Of a stretch of DNA of 64,000 nt, positions 11,419 through 23,847 are shown in pieces. Every line of letters starts with the position of its first letter. Position 1 is the stretch's first letter. This stretch comes from Mobula hypostoma (Eukaryota). The DNA is taken from positions 17,858,001 through 17,922,000 of the forward strand of contig NC_086109.1 in the NCBI RefSeq assembly GCF_963921235.1. The letters are read 5' to 3'. The translations under genes and the position numbers were made by a program. The notes under the pieces are model-generated. The model made no database searches and was not told where the DNA came from. It saw only the letters and a list, made by a program, of their open reading frames with translations.

Positions 11419-13578
11419 CTTTTTTGGTTGGGTGCCAATGACTAGAGGTGCACGGCAGGGGTCGGTGTTGGGGCCGCTTCTTTTTATGCTGTATATAAAT
11501 GAGTTAGATGATGGAATAGGTGGCTTTGTTGCAAAGTTTGAAATGATACAAAGATTGATGGAGGGACAGGTAGTATTGAAGAATCAGAAAAGCTGTAGAA
11601 GGACTTGGACAGATTACGAGAATGGGCAAGAAATTGGCAAATGAAATACCATGCTTCAAAATGCATGGTCATGCACTTTGATGGAAGAAATAAATGTGCA
11701 GACTATTTTCTAAACAGCGAGAAAATCCAAAAATTTGAGATGCAAAGGGACTTTGGAGTCCTTGTGCAGAACACCCTTAAGGATAACTTGCAGGTACAGT
11801 CGGTGGTGAGGAAGGCAAATGCAATGTTAGTGTTAATTTCAAGTGGTGTAAATATAAGAGCAGGGATATGATGCTGAGGCTTTATAAGGAACTGGTAAGT
11901 CCTCACCTTGAGTATTGTGAACAATTTTGGGCTCCTTATCTAAGAAGACGTGTGCTGGTATTGGAAGGGTTCAGAGGAGGTTCACAAGGATTAGTCCAGG
12001 AATGAGAGGTGTATCATATGAGAAATATTTGATGGCTCTGGACCTGTACTTGCTGGAATTTAGAAAGATGAGGGGGAATTTCAATGAAACCTAGACAGAG
12101 TAGATGTGGAGAGGATGCTTCCCATGGTGGGACAGTCTCGGACAAAAGGGCACAGCTTCAGGATAGACGAGTGTCCATTTAAAACAGAGATATGGAGAAA
12201 TTTCCTTAGCCATAGGGAGCTGAATTTGTGGAATTTGTTATCACAGCCAGACAAGGAGCCAGGTTGTTGGGTGTATTTTAGATAGAGATTGATAGGTTCT
12301 TGATTGGCCATAGGGAGGTTGAGAAGCTGAGGAAGGGGAAAAAAAGGATCAGTCATGATTGAATGGCAGAACAGGATTGATTGGCCAAATGTCCTAATTC
12401 TGCTCCCATGTCTTATGGTCTATGGTCTTGATAATAACATTTACTTTGAATAGTTGATTATGGAGGAGTAAATGCAGAGATGGTTTTAGTGCCAGAATGA
12501 CTGAAGCAGGGTGCAGATGGGGTCATTCAATATAGATTGTGTGAGAGTAGAGGTGTTTGCCGCTGAAGATTATATTAGGATGGAAGTTTATATTGTTATC
12601 AGGTAGAATGCTGAGTCTAACAATAGCCTGATTCCGCGATGTGCCTGACTGGCCGGAAATTAAGTGCAGTATTAGAAGCTGGTTATTAGTGCAATGGGCG
12701 GGAGGTTCAGTGGAACAATACCCTCGTGAAATTCAGACTGAAAGTGGTGCTGTGTGAATGACAGGACCATTTTACATGGGTAGAGGTGAAAAATCTTGTA
12801 GAGGAAGAAAATTGCAGCATAGTTGTTACACTTGGCTCCCTTGCCACAGGATTAGAAAGGGCAGTAATTCCTTGGAGCCCCAGTCCTAATTGTTTTCGAA
12901 GGATTCTTATTAGAAATTGGACAGTGTGTGAAAGAAGCAAATTTAGATGAGATACCAGCTATGGTGAAATAGTCTGTTAAAACATCTACAGGGCTGAAGC
13001 TGAAAACCAGCGCGAGTCAGTGTCTTGTGAAGAGTGGGAAAGTACAGAGGGATGTTTTCAATGCGGAAAAATATCAATTATGAGTCTGGGAGAAGGGCAA
13101 GCCCTTTAAAGCAATATTTGACAACTAAAATCTCTTTATGTTCCTTCAGGCAGAAAGATACTAAAAGCAAGTCAGACTGAGAAGAGAATGGTTCTAACTC
13201 AATGCCTTCAGTCTGCTGCCTGATTATAATCTTTGAATAATTGATTTTTAAAAAATTCATCAGCTTTTATTAATGAAGAAGGTGCAGAATCTAATCTGGC
13301 AGCCTTACTCTAAAGAAAGGAGATAACCAGAGTATTAATATATGAAAATAATGGATAACTGAGAATCAGACTGCAGATTATTGGTGCTATGTTTATCAAA
13401 GATAGATTATTGCCTAAAGGGATCAGGCAAGCATATGTTGATCAGTAATTCAGAGATATAACAGCATGCTGAATAAATCTAACCAGCCCTGGAGCATGTT
13501 TTGCACTAGGGTAGGCTGTCTTTCACCCTTTTCCTCCTTCCTGACTTCAACAATCGTGCTACTAGTTAATCAGTATCA

Positions 13579-14652
13579 TTAACCGAGGAGCAAGATGGCG
13601 TCAGTGACCAAAGCCACTCATGCAAACAGTTCATGAAACTACTTCTTCTCTTTCTTCATTTAAATATACTTCTACTGCTAACCTGTGTGTAATTGGAACC
13701 TGTAATTTACGTTTTAATAACGTGCTTCTGGGTTGACTGAGTGATCTGGTGCTTTTGCAGCCTGTGAGGGAGTTTGGCGTGGTTGAGAACGGAGTATGTG
13801 GGTTAATGGCACAGCGCGGACCCATGATCGGCCCTGTTTCTCACGGATCTTGCCGGTTAATGTGCCGACCAAGATTGAAATCAGCGAGGACGAGAGCGGA
13901 AGGTGAGTGACAGTGTTCCGTACCGTCGGCCTGCGTTTGGCCGGTCTCTCTCTCCCTCTCACTCGCTGCTGCTGGAGAAAGGTGCAGGGTCTTGGGTCTT
14001 GGGCAAGGGTTGCATGGTACAGTTTGTGGATCGGACTCATTTTTAGAGCACTCTGTTATTCACGTTATCTGGTTTCTGGTTACTCATTTTTATTGCTATT
14101 TTGCGCGATTTTATTCGAGGTAGATTGACCCTGCAACCTGCAGTCAACAAATCACACAGAGCTAAATTGAACTGAACTAAACTGAACATTTCTAGACTGT
14201 TTCAAGGACTCTCTGGTTTGATATTTTTTTAAAAAGTTAGTGTAATTCGCTAATTTTTTGCCATTTGCTGGATTTCTTTTTCTGTGCGTTGGGTTTTATT
14301 TTGAATGGGTTCAATAGTGTTTCTTTCTTTTGTGACTGTCTGTGGGAAGACAAATCTCAGGGTTGTATACTGCATCCATGGGGGAGGGAGGGAGGGAATG
14401 TCGACTCGAACCATGAGAGGCCTGCGTCGGGCATTTTCATGCCTTACAAGATGCAGATTGGAAGTCTATGTGGGGCGCTACTCCTCGCACAGACTAGAGC
14501 AATGTGTGATTAAATGCCTTGCTCAAGGGCACAAACACGCTGCCACAGCTGAGGCTTGAACTAGTGACCTTCAGATTACGAGACGAACGCCTTAACCACC
14601 TGGCCACGTGCCCAACTTCATTCATACTTTGATAGTAAATGTACTTTGACTT
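13579..14652 (+). mobile_element. Non-autonomous retroelement with CAAGATGGCG head and TAAATGTACTTTGA tail, interrupted by a SINE
   Basis: Head at 13591-13600, tail at 14620-14650. Near-identical flanking repeats GTTAATYAGTATCA at 13565-13578 and 14841-14854; a PLE fold-back lies just inside the right-hand repeat. Confidence 0.7.
14380..14618 (-). mobile_element. tRNA-derived SINE with CORE-like block, tail type C
   Basis: Minus strand A box TGGCCAGGTGG, B-box-like AGTTCAAGCC, then GTGCCCTTGAGCAAGGCATTTAATC; (CCCT)n end. Confidence 0.85.
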
Positions 14653-14655
14653 AGT

Positions 14656-14840
14656 TTCTGCAGATGCTGGAAATCCAGAGGAACACAAACACAAAATGCT
14701 GGAGCGACACAGCAGGTTAGGCAGCATCTATGGAAAGGAACAAAGCAGAATGGTCTCAGCACGAAGCATTGACTCTATTCCTCTCCATAGATGCTGCCTG
14801 ACCTGCTGAGTTCCTCGAATATTTCGTGTGTGTTACTCTG
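14656..14840. mobile_element. Fold-back (inverted) Penelope pLTR insertion, decayed
   Basis: Left arm ...CAGCAGGTTAGGCAGCATCTATGG is the reverse complement of right arm CCATAGATGCTGCCTGACCTGCTG... Confidence 0.8.
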
Positions 14841-14861
14841 GTTAATTAGTATCAGTAGAAA

Positions 14862-15000
14862 GTTGCGAGCACGACAAATTGAGTCTCAACATGGTCAAGA
14901 CCAATGAGGTGATTGTGGACTTTAGGAAATTGCAGGTGAACCACTCCACATTACAGATACACTGCTCCTCCGTGGAGAGAGTTAGGAACACCAAGGTTTT
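14862..15000 (+). mobile_element. Rex1/Babar-type LINE fragment
   Basis: LSLNMVKTNEVIVDFRK...VERVRNTK. Confidence 0.7.
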
Positions 15001-15235
15001 CAGTTCTGGGAGTGCATTAAGATATCTCTGTCACATTTACTCACTGAAACTCAATGTCCCATGATGTGTTTGCCCAATACTAATTGGGTTTCAATGAAAA
15101 AAAATCACAAAACTGGTAATGAGGTGTTTTGTGTCCAAAAGTGCCAAAGCATTATCTGCATGTTTCCCACACAGAATTTCAGCTATGAGTTTTTCCATCA
15201 TTATCATAATCTTTTAGTAGCTTTCACTGTATCTA

Positions 15236-15530
15236 CATTTGTGGCGCGTGGCCAAGTGGCTAAGGCGTTGGACTAGCAATTTGAAGGTTGTGAGTTCGAG
15301 CCCCAGCCGAGGCAGTGTGTTGTGTCCTTGAGCAAGGCACTTAGCCATACAATGCTCCAGTCCACCCAGCTGAAAATGGGTATTGGAAAAATGCTGGGGG
15401 TTAACCTCGTGATAGACTGGCATCCTATCCGGGGGGGGGGGGGGGAGTCTCGTACTCTCAGTCACATCACGCCATGAGACCGGCATAAGCACCGGCCTGT
15501 AAGGCTCAGGACAGACTTTAACTAATGTTA
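15236..15530 (+). mobile_element. tRNA-derived SINE with CORE-like block, tail type B
   Basis: A box TGGCCAAGTGG, B box AGTTCGAGCCC, GTGTCCTTGAGCAAGGCACTTAGCC, CCACCCAGCTGAAAATGGGTA; TSD ACTGTATCTA at 15226-15235 and 15531-15540. Confidence 0.9.
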
Positions 15531-16019
15531 ACTGTATCTATAATCGGCTGGTCTGGTGTAGTTGGAGAGTCCACTTGTATCCAGGAGCTATCTAGCTATC
15601 TCTTAGGATAGTGCTAGCCACAATACATGTCTGGCAGTGTGGACTCCTTCTAACCAGTAATCTGCTTGTTTGAGGGACTAGACTTCTTCCTGGCCGCTAA
15701 CAGGCATGAAATCAGTCAGTAACTGTCTGCATTAATAGGAAGCCAGCAATTCCTGCGAATTATGTCACTTCCTTCTCAGAGCCGACGAAGTAACTTCTTT
15801 TGCAAGCGCAACCTCTTGATGCTGCAATGAACCAGAAACCGGGAGACATGGCATTGTTCTGCTGTGATTGGTTGTGGTGATCCTCAAGTGAAGAAATGCA
15901 AAGTCAAAGTGACCCTGAATTCTATAGGGAGAACTCGCCAGGAATGAGAGCATGCTCAAATACCTCCTTGCAAAAATTTCACGTACCTGTGGTTTGTCGA
16001 ATGCTGGATGAAATGCAAT

Positions 16020-16296
16020 AGCCTTTGGGTAACTGCAAGTCTGTGTCTTTGCTATCACCTAGCTCATGCTTGTGCTCAGTAGTGGGTGTGCTGTTTTTGC
16101 TGGGGTGGAGGGGGGGATGGTTGCTCGCTGCCGCTTACGCGCGGGGGGTAGCTGTGGGGGGACTTTGGGGTTCTCACATTCAACTGTCATTCATTCTTTG
16201 GGGCACTTCTCTGTTTTTGTGGATGTTTTTGAAGTAAGAGCATTTCAGGATGTATATTGTATACATTTCTCTGACATTAAATTGGACCTTTGAACC
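16020..16296 (+). mobile_element. 3' part of a non-autonomous retroelement
   Basis: GT-rich body ending in ATTAAATTGGACCTTTGAACC, similar to other LINE-type tails in the window; 5' boundary uncertain. Confidence 0.5.
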
Positions 16297-18309
16297 TCAT
16301 TGATAATAATCTTGGAAAAATTGGAAACTGCAAATACATTGTTCTTTAGCTAGTATGTGGTGGGATCTCTTACCAATCTCTGGCTCTTAGCTCTTTTCTC
16401 CAAGGAAAATCCTTGCTTCTTGCTCCCAGGGCCTTGATCCACTCTGAGAGACACGCACAGCAGGACCATGTGTAAGTCTCTCATTCCATTGTCTCAGCAG
16501 TTGAGTACTTGAGAAAATATTGTCAAATGCTGCTTGCTGTGGACCTTGGAAGGTGTTGGAACAACCTAAACCCATTTCTGGATGTGCCCACTCAGGGCCT
16601 GATGTCAGCAGATTGGTCCTTAAATTGGTTGAAGAGAAAAAAACAACAAACCTTCTCTATATGTTCCTAATTCTATTGAGACTCCTCCAAGGTATTCACA
16701 GTTTGTGGTTTTGTGTATGGGTGGAACAAGCATACTGTGAATAGTGATGCCATTTGGTGCGGTATATCTGACACGTGTAATGGGCCAAATGTGTTAAAAT
16801 GGATCATAACTAGAACTGCCAACATGATTTTATGATTGGAGTTATTTCATATATCATGAAAATGATCATTCTGGATGAAATTGAAACTGGACATTTTTCA
16901 GTTCTGTGGGATCCAATTACCAGATTCAGATCCTGTGTTAATTTCATTATTAAATTAAATTTTTTTTCATGCGGCTATCTTCTGAATGCTGTCTTATCTT
17001 TCAGCTAGTGATCAATACTGTCCTGTCTGGTCTGAGCCTTCTCTGCACTAATTGGTAATTAAGTAAAGCAATTGTAACAACGATTTTCAGAATTTTGCAT
17101 TGCATTACCACACAGTAATACTTTCAGGACCATATCTGGTCAGAAATGATCCTTTAGTTAACTTCACTCACTACTGGGGTGTAGGAAGCACAACAGTTTA
17201 GATTAGGATGCTATGTGACTTGATGGAAAGCTCGGAAAATAATGGCATCACCTTGCAGCAATTTACTTATTCTAAATGGTGGAGATAATGATTTGTGCTA
17301 GTATTATGTTTCAATTAACTGCACTTCTTTGCTCAAAATGGCTCAAGTGAAAGCTCCCATAGGTACTTTTCCTCCAACTAAAGTTTCTATAATTTCCTCC
17401 TGAAACTTAAGTGTCTAAGCAAATGTAAGTACAAGTTGATATACGCTGTTGAAACCCAGGTACTTGCAGTATTCACAAGGAACAGAGTTTTCCATAAATT
17501 CAGTAATCATTTTCTAGGAGCTAAGTCTCACTTCTTTTTGAGGCCAAGCCTTTATCCTGTCCCCTCTGCTGCCCTGGCTTTTCTGTATGAGCTTTATCCC
17601 TTTAATAAATATTTGCTTATTCCCCATACAAAATTGTCCAGGAATTATCATTTTCTAATGAAACTATCATTAAATCAGAAATTTTTGCATTAACCTACTG
17701 AAATGACGAATATAATCACCAGCAAGCAACAAGTGCAATTTGAACTCATTATTTCTATCATTATTACGGATTTTATTGAGATGGGAAGGATTTGCATGCC
17801 TTTTCAGGTAAAAGTAATAGATCCATTTTCATTATTCTGAAGAACAGCAGGGGATTTCTCAATACCCAGGCTAATCTTTATCCTTCAATCAACATCAAAG
17901 TAACCAAAAAATTTGATTATCTGGCCATTACCTTGTTAGCAGAGTTCTGCTTATGTATTTTAATTACTACAGGAGCCTTCTTGAAGTATTTAATTGAGTT
18001 TAAACCACTTTTGTAACATTAACAGTGCTATAAAGCTACAAATTTCCAATACCGTTTAATGGCACCATTTTGTATATTTCATCTCTGGGAGGGAATAGGA
18101 ACAAAATTCTCATTTCAAGAAGTGTAACCATAATGTGAATTATTTATTCATAACATGTATTAGACCTGCATTGTACAGAGTCTAACTCTGTGCCACCATA
18201 GGATTAGGTAACATGGAAACAGGCCCTTCAACCCAACTCGTCCATGCTAGCCAACTTAGCTATTCAAAATGGTGCCATTTGTCTGCATTTGATCCATTTC
18301 CTTCTAAAC

Positions 18310-18379
18310 CAGGGGTTCCCAATCTGGGGTCCACGGTTAATGATACGGCTCCATGTGTAAAAAAGGTTGGGAACCTCTG
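18310..18379. mobile_element. 70-bp hAT (Charlie-like) MITE
   Basis: TIRs CAGGGGTTCCCAA / TTGGGAACCTCTG; perfect 8-bp TSD TTCTAAAC at 18302-18309 and 18380-18387. Confidence 0.9.
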
Positions 18380-18623
18380 TTCTAAACCTTTTAGATCCAT
18401 GTATAGTACCTGTCCTAATATCTTTTAAATATCGTCATTGTACAGTACCTATCTTTCTCTGGTAGTTCCTTCCCAACAGTCTTTATGCAAAAAGATTTCT
18501 GCTTGGGTTTCCTTTAAATCTTTTCCCCTTTCACCTTATCTGCACATATTTTGATTTTATATACAGTACCTCAGCAAGATCATCCTCCTTGAAAAAGTCC
18601 CAGCTTATTCTGCCTCTCCTTAT

Positions 18624-18915
18624 GGGCGCCACAGTAGCATAGAGGTTAGCATAACGCTATTACAAATCTGGGCATTCCAGAGTTTGGAGTTCAATTCCAG
18701 TTCCGTCTGTAAGGAGTTTGTACCTTCTCCCCGTAACTGAGTGGGTTTCCCTTGGGTGCTCCAGTTTTCTCTGACAGTTCAAAGAAAATACCAGTTAGTA
18801 AGTTTATTTGTCATTGTAAATTGTCCTGTGATTAGTCTAGTGTGAAATAGTTTGGTTGCTGGGCAGTGCATCTCATTCAGCTGGAAAGGCCTGTTCCATG
18901 CTGTATCTGTAAATA
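18624..18915 (+). mobile_element. tRNA-derived V-SINE (HE1-like)
   Basis: tRNA-like head with B box AGTTCAATTCC, then V-domain GGAGTTTGTACCTTCTCCCCGT..GTGGGTTTCCCTTGGGTGCTCCAGTTT. Confidence 0.85.
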
Positions 18916-19364
18916 TATAATTCAAGCCCTCTAATTCCTGTAATGTCGTCATTTTCTGCACCCTTTCCAGCTTCATGACATCCTTCCTGGAGCTAGGTGA
19001 CCAGAACTGTGCACAATACTGCAAATGGAGTTTCGCTATTGATTTGTACATTTGCAACACAACATCACAACTCCTGTAGTTAATATCTTGAGAATGAAGG
19101 TAGCATTCTTTTTTTAAACACCTTGTCTACCTGTGTCACCTCTTTCAGGGGAATGATGTGCCTACAATCTAAAGTCTCCTTGTTATGTCAACATTCTCTA
19201 TAACCCTACCGTTTACCATGGAAGTCCTTTTCTTGGTTAACTTAACAGAATGCAAAATCTTGCACTTGTCAGAACTAAGTTCCATCTGCTATTCCTTGGC
19301 CAACTTCCCCAGTTCATCTAAATCCTGCGCAATCATAAATAACCTTCTTCATTCTCCACTATAC

Positions 19365-19425
19365 CAAGCCTATAAAAAGTATTCACCTCCCTTGGAAGTT
19401 TTCATGTTTTATTGTTTTACAACAT
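19365..19425 (+). mobile_element. Tc1-like terminal fragment
   Basis: AAAAAGTATTCACCTCCCTTGGAAGTTTTCATGTTTTATTG resembles vertebrate Tc1 TIRs; no partner TIR seen. Confidence 0.45.
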
Positions 19426-19629
19426 TTCATCACACGACCTATCTTTGAAAGCTCCTTCCCCTTGCTCCATCCATTGCCACCCGAAGATGTTTATCTTACT
19501 TCCACCAGCTATGGAGCAGCAATAAATTTTTGTTATCCTGTTGAATAATTCCTGGCCATTGACCTTGAATTATAACAACTCATGCTACAAAAAGAGGCCA
19601 TTATTTTCACCTGAAAGTGTAATTGTGTT

Positions 19630-20966
19630 ATAGAACACACAACAAAGAAATGACTGTGGACTTCAGGAAGGGGAAGTTGGGAGTCCTTGTTGAGGGATCA
19701 CCACTGGAAAGGGTGAGCAGCTTATGTTCCTGGTGTCCACCACAATGATGCAGACATGAAGAAGGCTCACCAGTGGCTCTACTTCATTAGGAGTTTGAGG
19801 TGATTAGATTTGATTGGGAGGACACTCAGTCCTCGTTTATTGTCATTTAGAAATGCGTGCATTAAAAAATGATACTATGTTCCTCCAGAATGATATCACA
19901 AAAAACACAGGACAAACCAAGACTAAAACTGACAAAACCACATAATTACAACAGTGCAAAGCAATACCATAATTTGATAAAGAGCAGACCATGGGCATGG
20001 TAAAAAAAAAAGTCTCAAAGTCTCATCATCTCACGCAGGCGGTAGAAGGGAGAAACTCTCCCTGTCATGAACCTCCAAGCGCCGCAAACTTGCCGATGCA
20101 GCACCATTGGAAGCACCCGACCGCAGCGGACTCTGAGTCTGTCTGAAAACTTCAAGTCTCCGACGCAGCCTCTCCGAGCACCATCCTCTGCCTAGCGCTT
20201 CGACCCCGCCTCGGCCGCCGAGCAACAAACAAAGCCGAGGACTCGGGGCCTTCCCCTCCGGAGATTCTGGACCACACAGTAGCAGCAGCAGTGAAGCAGG
20301 CATTTCAGAAGTTTCACCGGATGTTCCTCCGTGCTCTCATGTCTGTCTCTATCAAATCAGGATTGTGCATGGCACCCTACTTGACAAGTAACAGACACCA
20401 GCACCGGAGAGGCCGCTGCGAGCTGCGTGGCGCTGCCATCTTCTCCTTGCTCACTAGGCCTTTTGTTAGAGCCTTGGTATGTCCCCAAAGGCTCTAGCAA
20501 ATTTCTACAGCTGTATGGTGGAGAGGATTCTGACTGGTTGCATCACAGCCTTCTATGCAACCTCCAACACACAGGATCATCAGAGGTTTGCAGACAGTTG
20601 TAGACTCAGCCAGCTCCACAGGCACAGGCCTCCCCACGTCTTTAAGTGGCAGTGCTTCAAGAAAGCTGTATCCCTCATTAAAAACCTTCACCATATGGTC
20701 ATGCCCTCTTCGTGTTTCTGCCATCAGGGAGGAGGTACAGGAGCCAGAAGACCCACACTCGGCACTTTAACAACAGCTTCTACTACTGTGCCATCAGATT
20801 CCTAAAAAGTTCATGAATGCATGAATACTACATTGTTTTGTGTCTTTCTTGCTAGTTATTTTTGCAACTTTAGCAATTTTAATGTCTTGCACTGCACTGC
20901 TGCTGCAAAACAACATATTTCATGACATACATATGTCAGTGATAATGAACCTGGTTCTGATTCTGA
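19630..20966 (+). mobile_element. Rex1/Babar-type LINE 3' fragment split by an insertion at 19801-20450
   Basis: KKAHQWLYFIRSLR before the insertion, MSPKALANFYSCMVERILTGCITAFY after it; tail TGATAATGAACCTGGTTCTGATTCTG. Confidence 0.85.
19801..20450 (-). mobile_element. Second copy of the ~630-bp AAGATGGC-headed element
   Basis: Reverse complement aligns with 8951-9578; GCCATCTT at 20435-20442; terminal hairpin GAGGAC-TGAGT-GTCCTC and AATC-type repeats. Confidence 0.85.
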
Positions 20967-21470
20967 CGTGGACTGTACAACACAGGAACAGGTCCTTTAG
21001 CCCACCTTTTCTGTGCTGAAAAGTTTACTCTCAGTTTTTCTTCTTGTCGCATAGATTTTTTTCCCATCTCTAATATAAGATATTATACCTCCAATATAAA
21101 AATGGTAAGCAGTGAAAACTAATGAAGAGGTTTCTTTTACCACTGACTCCATGATCTTTTTTTTCTCCAGTTTTGCTCGAAGTAGTAACCTGAAGTACTT
21201 CAATTTAATTCTTGTAGACTCCAGCCAATCCTGGAGGTTTGCCAACACTACTGCCAGGAGGAAATGTACAAAGTGAGTCCAACAGAATGTAATGATGTAG
21301 TATCAAAGTGGAAGGTTCCCAATCTAATCCATAATTATAATAAGGAAGCACCTGTTTGGATGACAAGATATTTCAAAGTGATATAAAATATTGAAGGGCA
21401 ATTACTCAACATGTCCCTTGTACAAGATGTGATCTGGACAAAAGGAAGGTAAAATAGAATTTAAAAATGT

Positions 21471-21645
21471 AAACACGACAAAATCTGCAGATGCTGGAAA
21501 TTCAAGCAACACACAAAAAATGCTGGTGGAACCACAAGCAGGCCAGGCAGCATCTATAGAGTCTTGACCCGAAACGTCGACTGTACTTCTTCCTGTAGAT
21601 GCTGCCTGGCCTGCTGCGTTCCACCAGCATTTTTTGTGTGTTACA
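21471..21645. mobile_element. Fold-back Penelope pLTR insertion
   Basis: Inverted arms around a partial hammerhead (GACCCGAAACGTCGAC); direct repeat TAAAATAGAATT at 21450-21461 and 21646-21657. Confidence 0.85.
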
Positions 21646-21702
21646 TAAAATAGAATTATACCTTTTGTACTTTACTTGAATTATTCATTCTAAGTTAGAT
21701 AA

Positions 21703-22274
21703 TGTAACCAGGTGACCATTGAATATCTTTTTTTTATTATTAGAGCGCACTTATGTATTCACCTTGGTAATGCTAAAATAGCTGCCTGTGCCTTTAAGAG
21801 AAAATGGTGATGGCATTTTTCATGGGTGGAGTAAAACAGAGAGTTGCCATGTTCTAGAAAGGACGACGTTTGAGTGCTTTCCTCAGGTTTGGTGAGGAAA
21901 GATTTTCGCGAGTAAATTGATCAGCGCTGGATAGCGTGATTGAGAAGTTCCTTAATCGGCCTACTATCGTGAGCGAGGAGAACTCATTTGAAGGCCTAGC
22001 CTCTATGTGTTTGGAAGTTTGGAAGCCAAATAATTGCCACTACTGTATTGGTTTTGTATATTTTGTTTTAGTTATTTTCATACTGTATACGTAACAAGAG
22101 TGTGGTCTGAAGTTAAACTGAGGTTGTAATAGCGGGAACTGTTTTTAAAAAATTTATTTTGTCATTTTTATTTTGATACCCTCTTTCTGCAAAAAAAAAT
22201 GTAAAACAGATAAAGGAATTTAAGACCCAAAAAAGTATTTGTTGTCCTGCGTGTGTATTTTTCCCTAGGTTACA
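21703..22274 (+). mobile_element. Solo LTR (572 bp), probably Gypsy-like
   Basis: Termini TGTAACC...GGTTACA (7-bp perfect inverted repeat); 4-bp flanks ATAA/AAAA (1 mismatch); orientation tentative. Confidence 0.65.
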
Positions 22275-22596
22275 AAAATAATTTGATGAAAAGCTTCACA
22301 AAAAGTACAATGTTTAAAGGCCAATAAAGCTCCTCAAACTTGCATCTAATCTCTCTCCAACATGACGATTCCTTTGATTTGGATAACAGCGGTGTTGCCA
22401 GCAAGCTTAAATATAGCACTGGAACTGTTCTTGGCCACACAATGGTAAATATAAAGACTTGTCTATGATGATGTCTTTTCTTGCATTATTGTCTTGTTTT
22501 TGCACTGTTTCTTTCTTCACTGATACACTTTATAGTCTCTGTGCTGTCTAAACCTGTGATGCAATTTTTTCACCAAACTTGTACCTCACCATACTT

Positions 22597-22967
22597 CTAC
22601 ATCATCATCGTTATCATTATGTGCTGTGTTGTATGACGTGGACGATCATAGTCTCATGACCATGATAGCTCTTGGCAAATTTTTCCACAGAAGTGGTTTG
22701 CTATTGCCTTCTTCTGAGAAGTATCCGTACAAGATGGGTGACCCTAGCCATTTTCAATACTCTTCAGAGATTGTCTGGCGTTAGTAGTCACATAACCAGG
22801 ACTTGTGATGTGCACCAAATGCTCATACGACCATCCACCACCTGCTCCCATGGCTTCACGTGACCCTGATTGGGGGGCTAATCTGGTGTTACACCTTGTC
22901 CAAGGGTCAGTGGAGGGAAGGAGCACCTTACACCTCCTTTGGTAGACATATCTCCACCCCACCACCC
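22597..22967 (-). mobile_element. RTE/BovB-related non-autonomous element
   Basis: Minus strand GAAGAAGGCAATAGCAAACCACTTCTG..TTGCCAAGA resembles the BovB-type block; (GAT)n tail; TSD TACTT at 22592-22596 and 22968-22972; second copy at 56836-60375. Confidence 0.75.
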
Positions 22968-22979
22968 TACTTGTGCCAG

Positions 22980-23847
22980 TGTTACATACCTCATGGGTAT
23001 CTTGTGACTGTCTTATGATCATGATGTAATTGAGTATCTGATGAGCATGATGTAATGGTCTTGTGGAGGTCACATGATGTAATTTTCCCACTGATGTGAG
23101 GTCACGCGATGACATGTTCTCACCAGGTATATAAAGGGAGACCCTTGGTGTGACGCAGTTAGTTTTTCCAGTTGAGTTTTAAGTTCAGTTCTTTATTTAA
23201 TTCATCAGATACTCCATTATGCTGGGTATTCGTCTTATGACGCAGTTTTGTTTTAAATTGGAGTTCTACTTTCTATTGTAAGTAGTATTGGAGACTGAAG
23301 ACCTTACCAAAGTACAGGAATTCGTAGAGTCGAGTAAAGCTGATATCGTTCGGCGGTTTTGGAGAGAATCGACCTTTACTGAATCTTCGTTCAAGACATA
23401 GTGACCTGCATTTTGAGATATCCTCTGCTAAAGCAGGAAAGATTGTGCAGTGTCTATTCTCCAGAGGAAAAGGTCAGTTCCTTTAAACCGTTTTATTTCC
23501 GTTGTTGTGAATCCTGCGGACAAGGCAGGTTCCGGCTAGGATCAGCAGTAACATCACGTCTTCGAGGAATTCTTTACTTCAGGAAAGTCTCTCCTAATTG
23601 ACTGTGTAAATCTCTTGGACTTTCGAATTTACCATTCTAAGAACTGTGTTCGAATTTACCATTCTAAGAACTGTTTTCGCACTTACCCTTTTAAGAACTG
23701 TTCCAGAGTTGCCGTATAGCAATGAACTTCCGGTTAAGTTAGTCATTTAAATACATTTTGCTATTTTTGAGCAGAGTTTAATAAATGTTTGTTTGTTTTT
23801 ATAAAACTTGACTCAATTCTATATTCATTGTTGCCGGTCACGTGACA
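22980..23847 (+). mobile_element. Solo LTR (868 bp), probably Gypsy-like
   Basis: Termini TGTTAC...GTGACA; flanks CCAG/CAAG; TATATAAA near 23129; AATAAA near 23780; internal repeats CATGATGTAAT x3 and a ~29-bp TTACC..TAAGAACTG unit x3. Confidence 0.8.

Larger units (their letters stand above)
7483..12427 (+). mobile_element. Full-length decayed CR1 LINE (5' UTR, ORF1 zinc-finger/coiled-coil/esterase remnants, ORF2 remnants, 3' UTR)
   Basis: TSD TTGATA at 7477-7482 and 12428-12433. ORF1 remnants WVTVRRR, IPLNNKYTVL, CCLPGARVRDI, DGLHLN. ORF2 remnants LKVLYLNARNIRNK, MGDFN, QSQHGFLKGKSCLTNL, QGSVLGPLLF. 3' end ATGTCTTATGGTCTATGGTC. Confidence 0.95.
18199..19366 (-). mobile_element. CR1 3' fragment with a nested hAT MITE and V-SINE
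   Basis: Minus strand MLQMYKSIAKLHLQYCAQFWSP..RKDVMKLERVQK; CR1-type 3' UTR near 18200-18300. Confidence 0.85.

Noticed and set aside
12460..13020. Old LINE-like sequence on the minus strand (also 54245-54860 and 41130-41330)
   Set aside because: Too decayed to assign family or boundaries by eye.
13140..13225. Acceptor TTCCTTCAG followed by RKILKASQTEKRMVLTQCLQSAA*
   Set aside because: No recognisable homology or partner exon; expected by chance in 64 kb.
15241..15312. tRNA-like sequences with A and B boxes (also 14545, 18624, 26357, 39380)
   Set aside because: SINE heads continuing into CORE-like or V domains; no complete cloverleaf.
22880..22967. Possible HDV-like ribozyme at the 5' end of the RTE/BovB-related element
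   Set aside because: Could not assign P1/P1.1/P2/P3 pairings consistently in both copies.
23620..23705. Three ~29-bp direct repeats resembling a CRISPR array
   Set aside because: Tandem units without unique spacers, inside an LTR in eukaryotic DNA; no cas genes.
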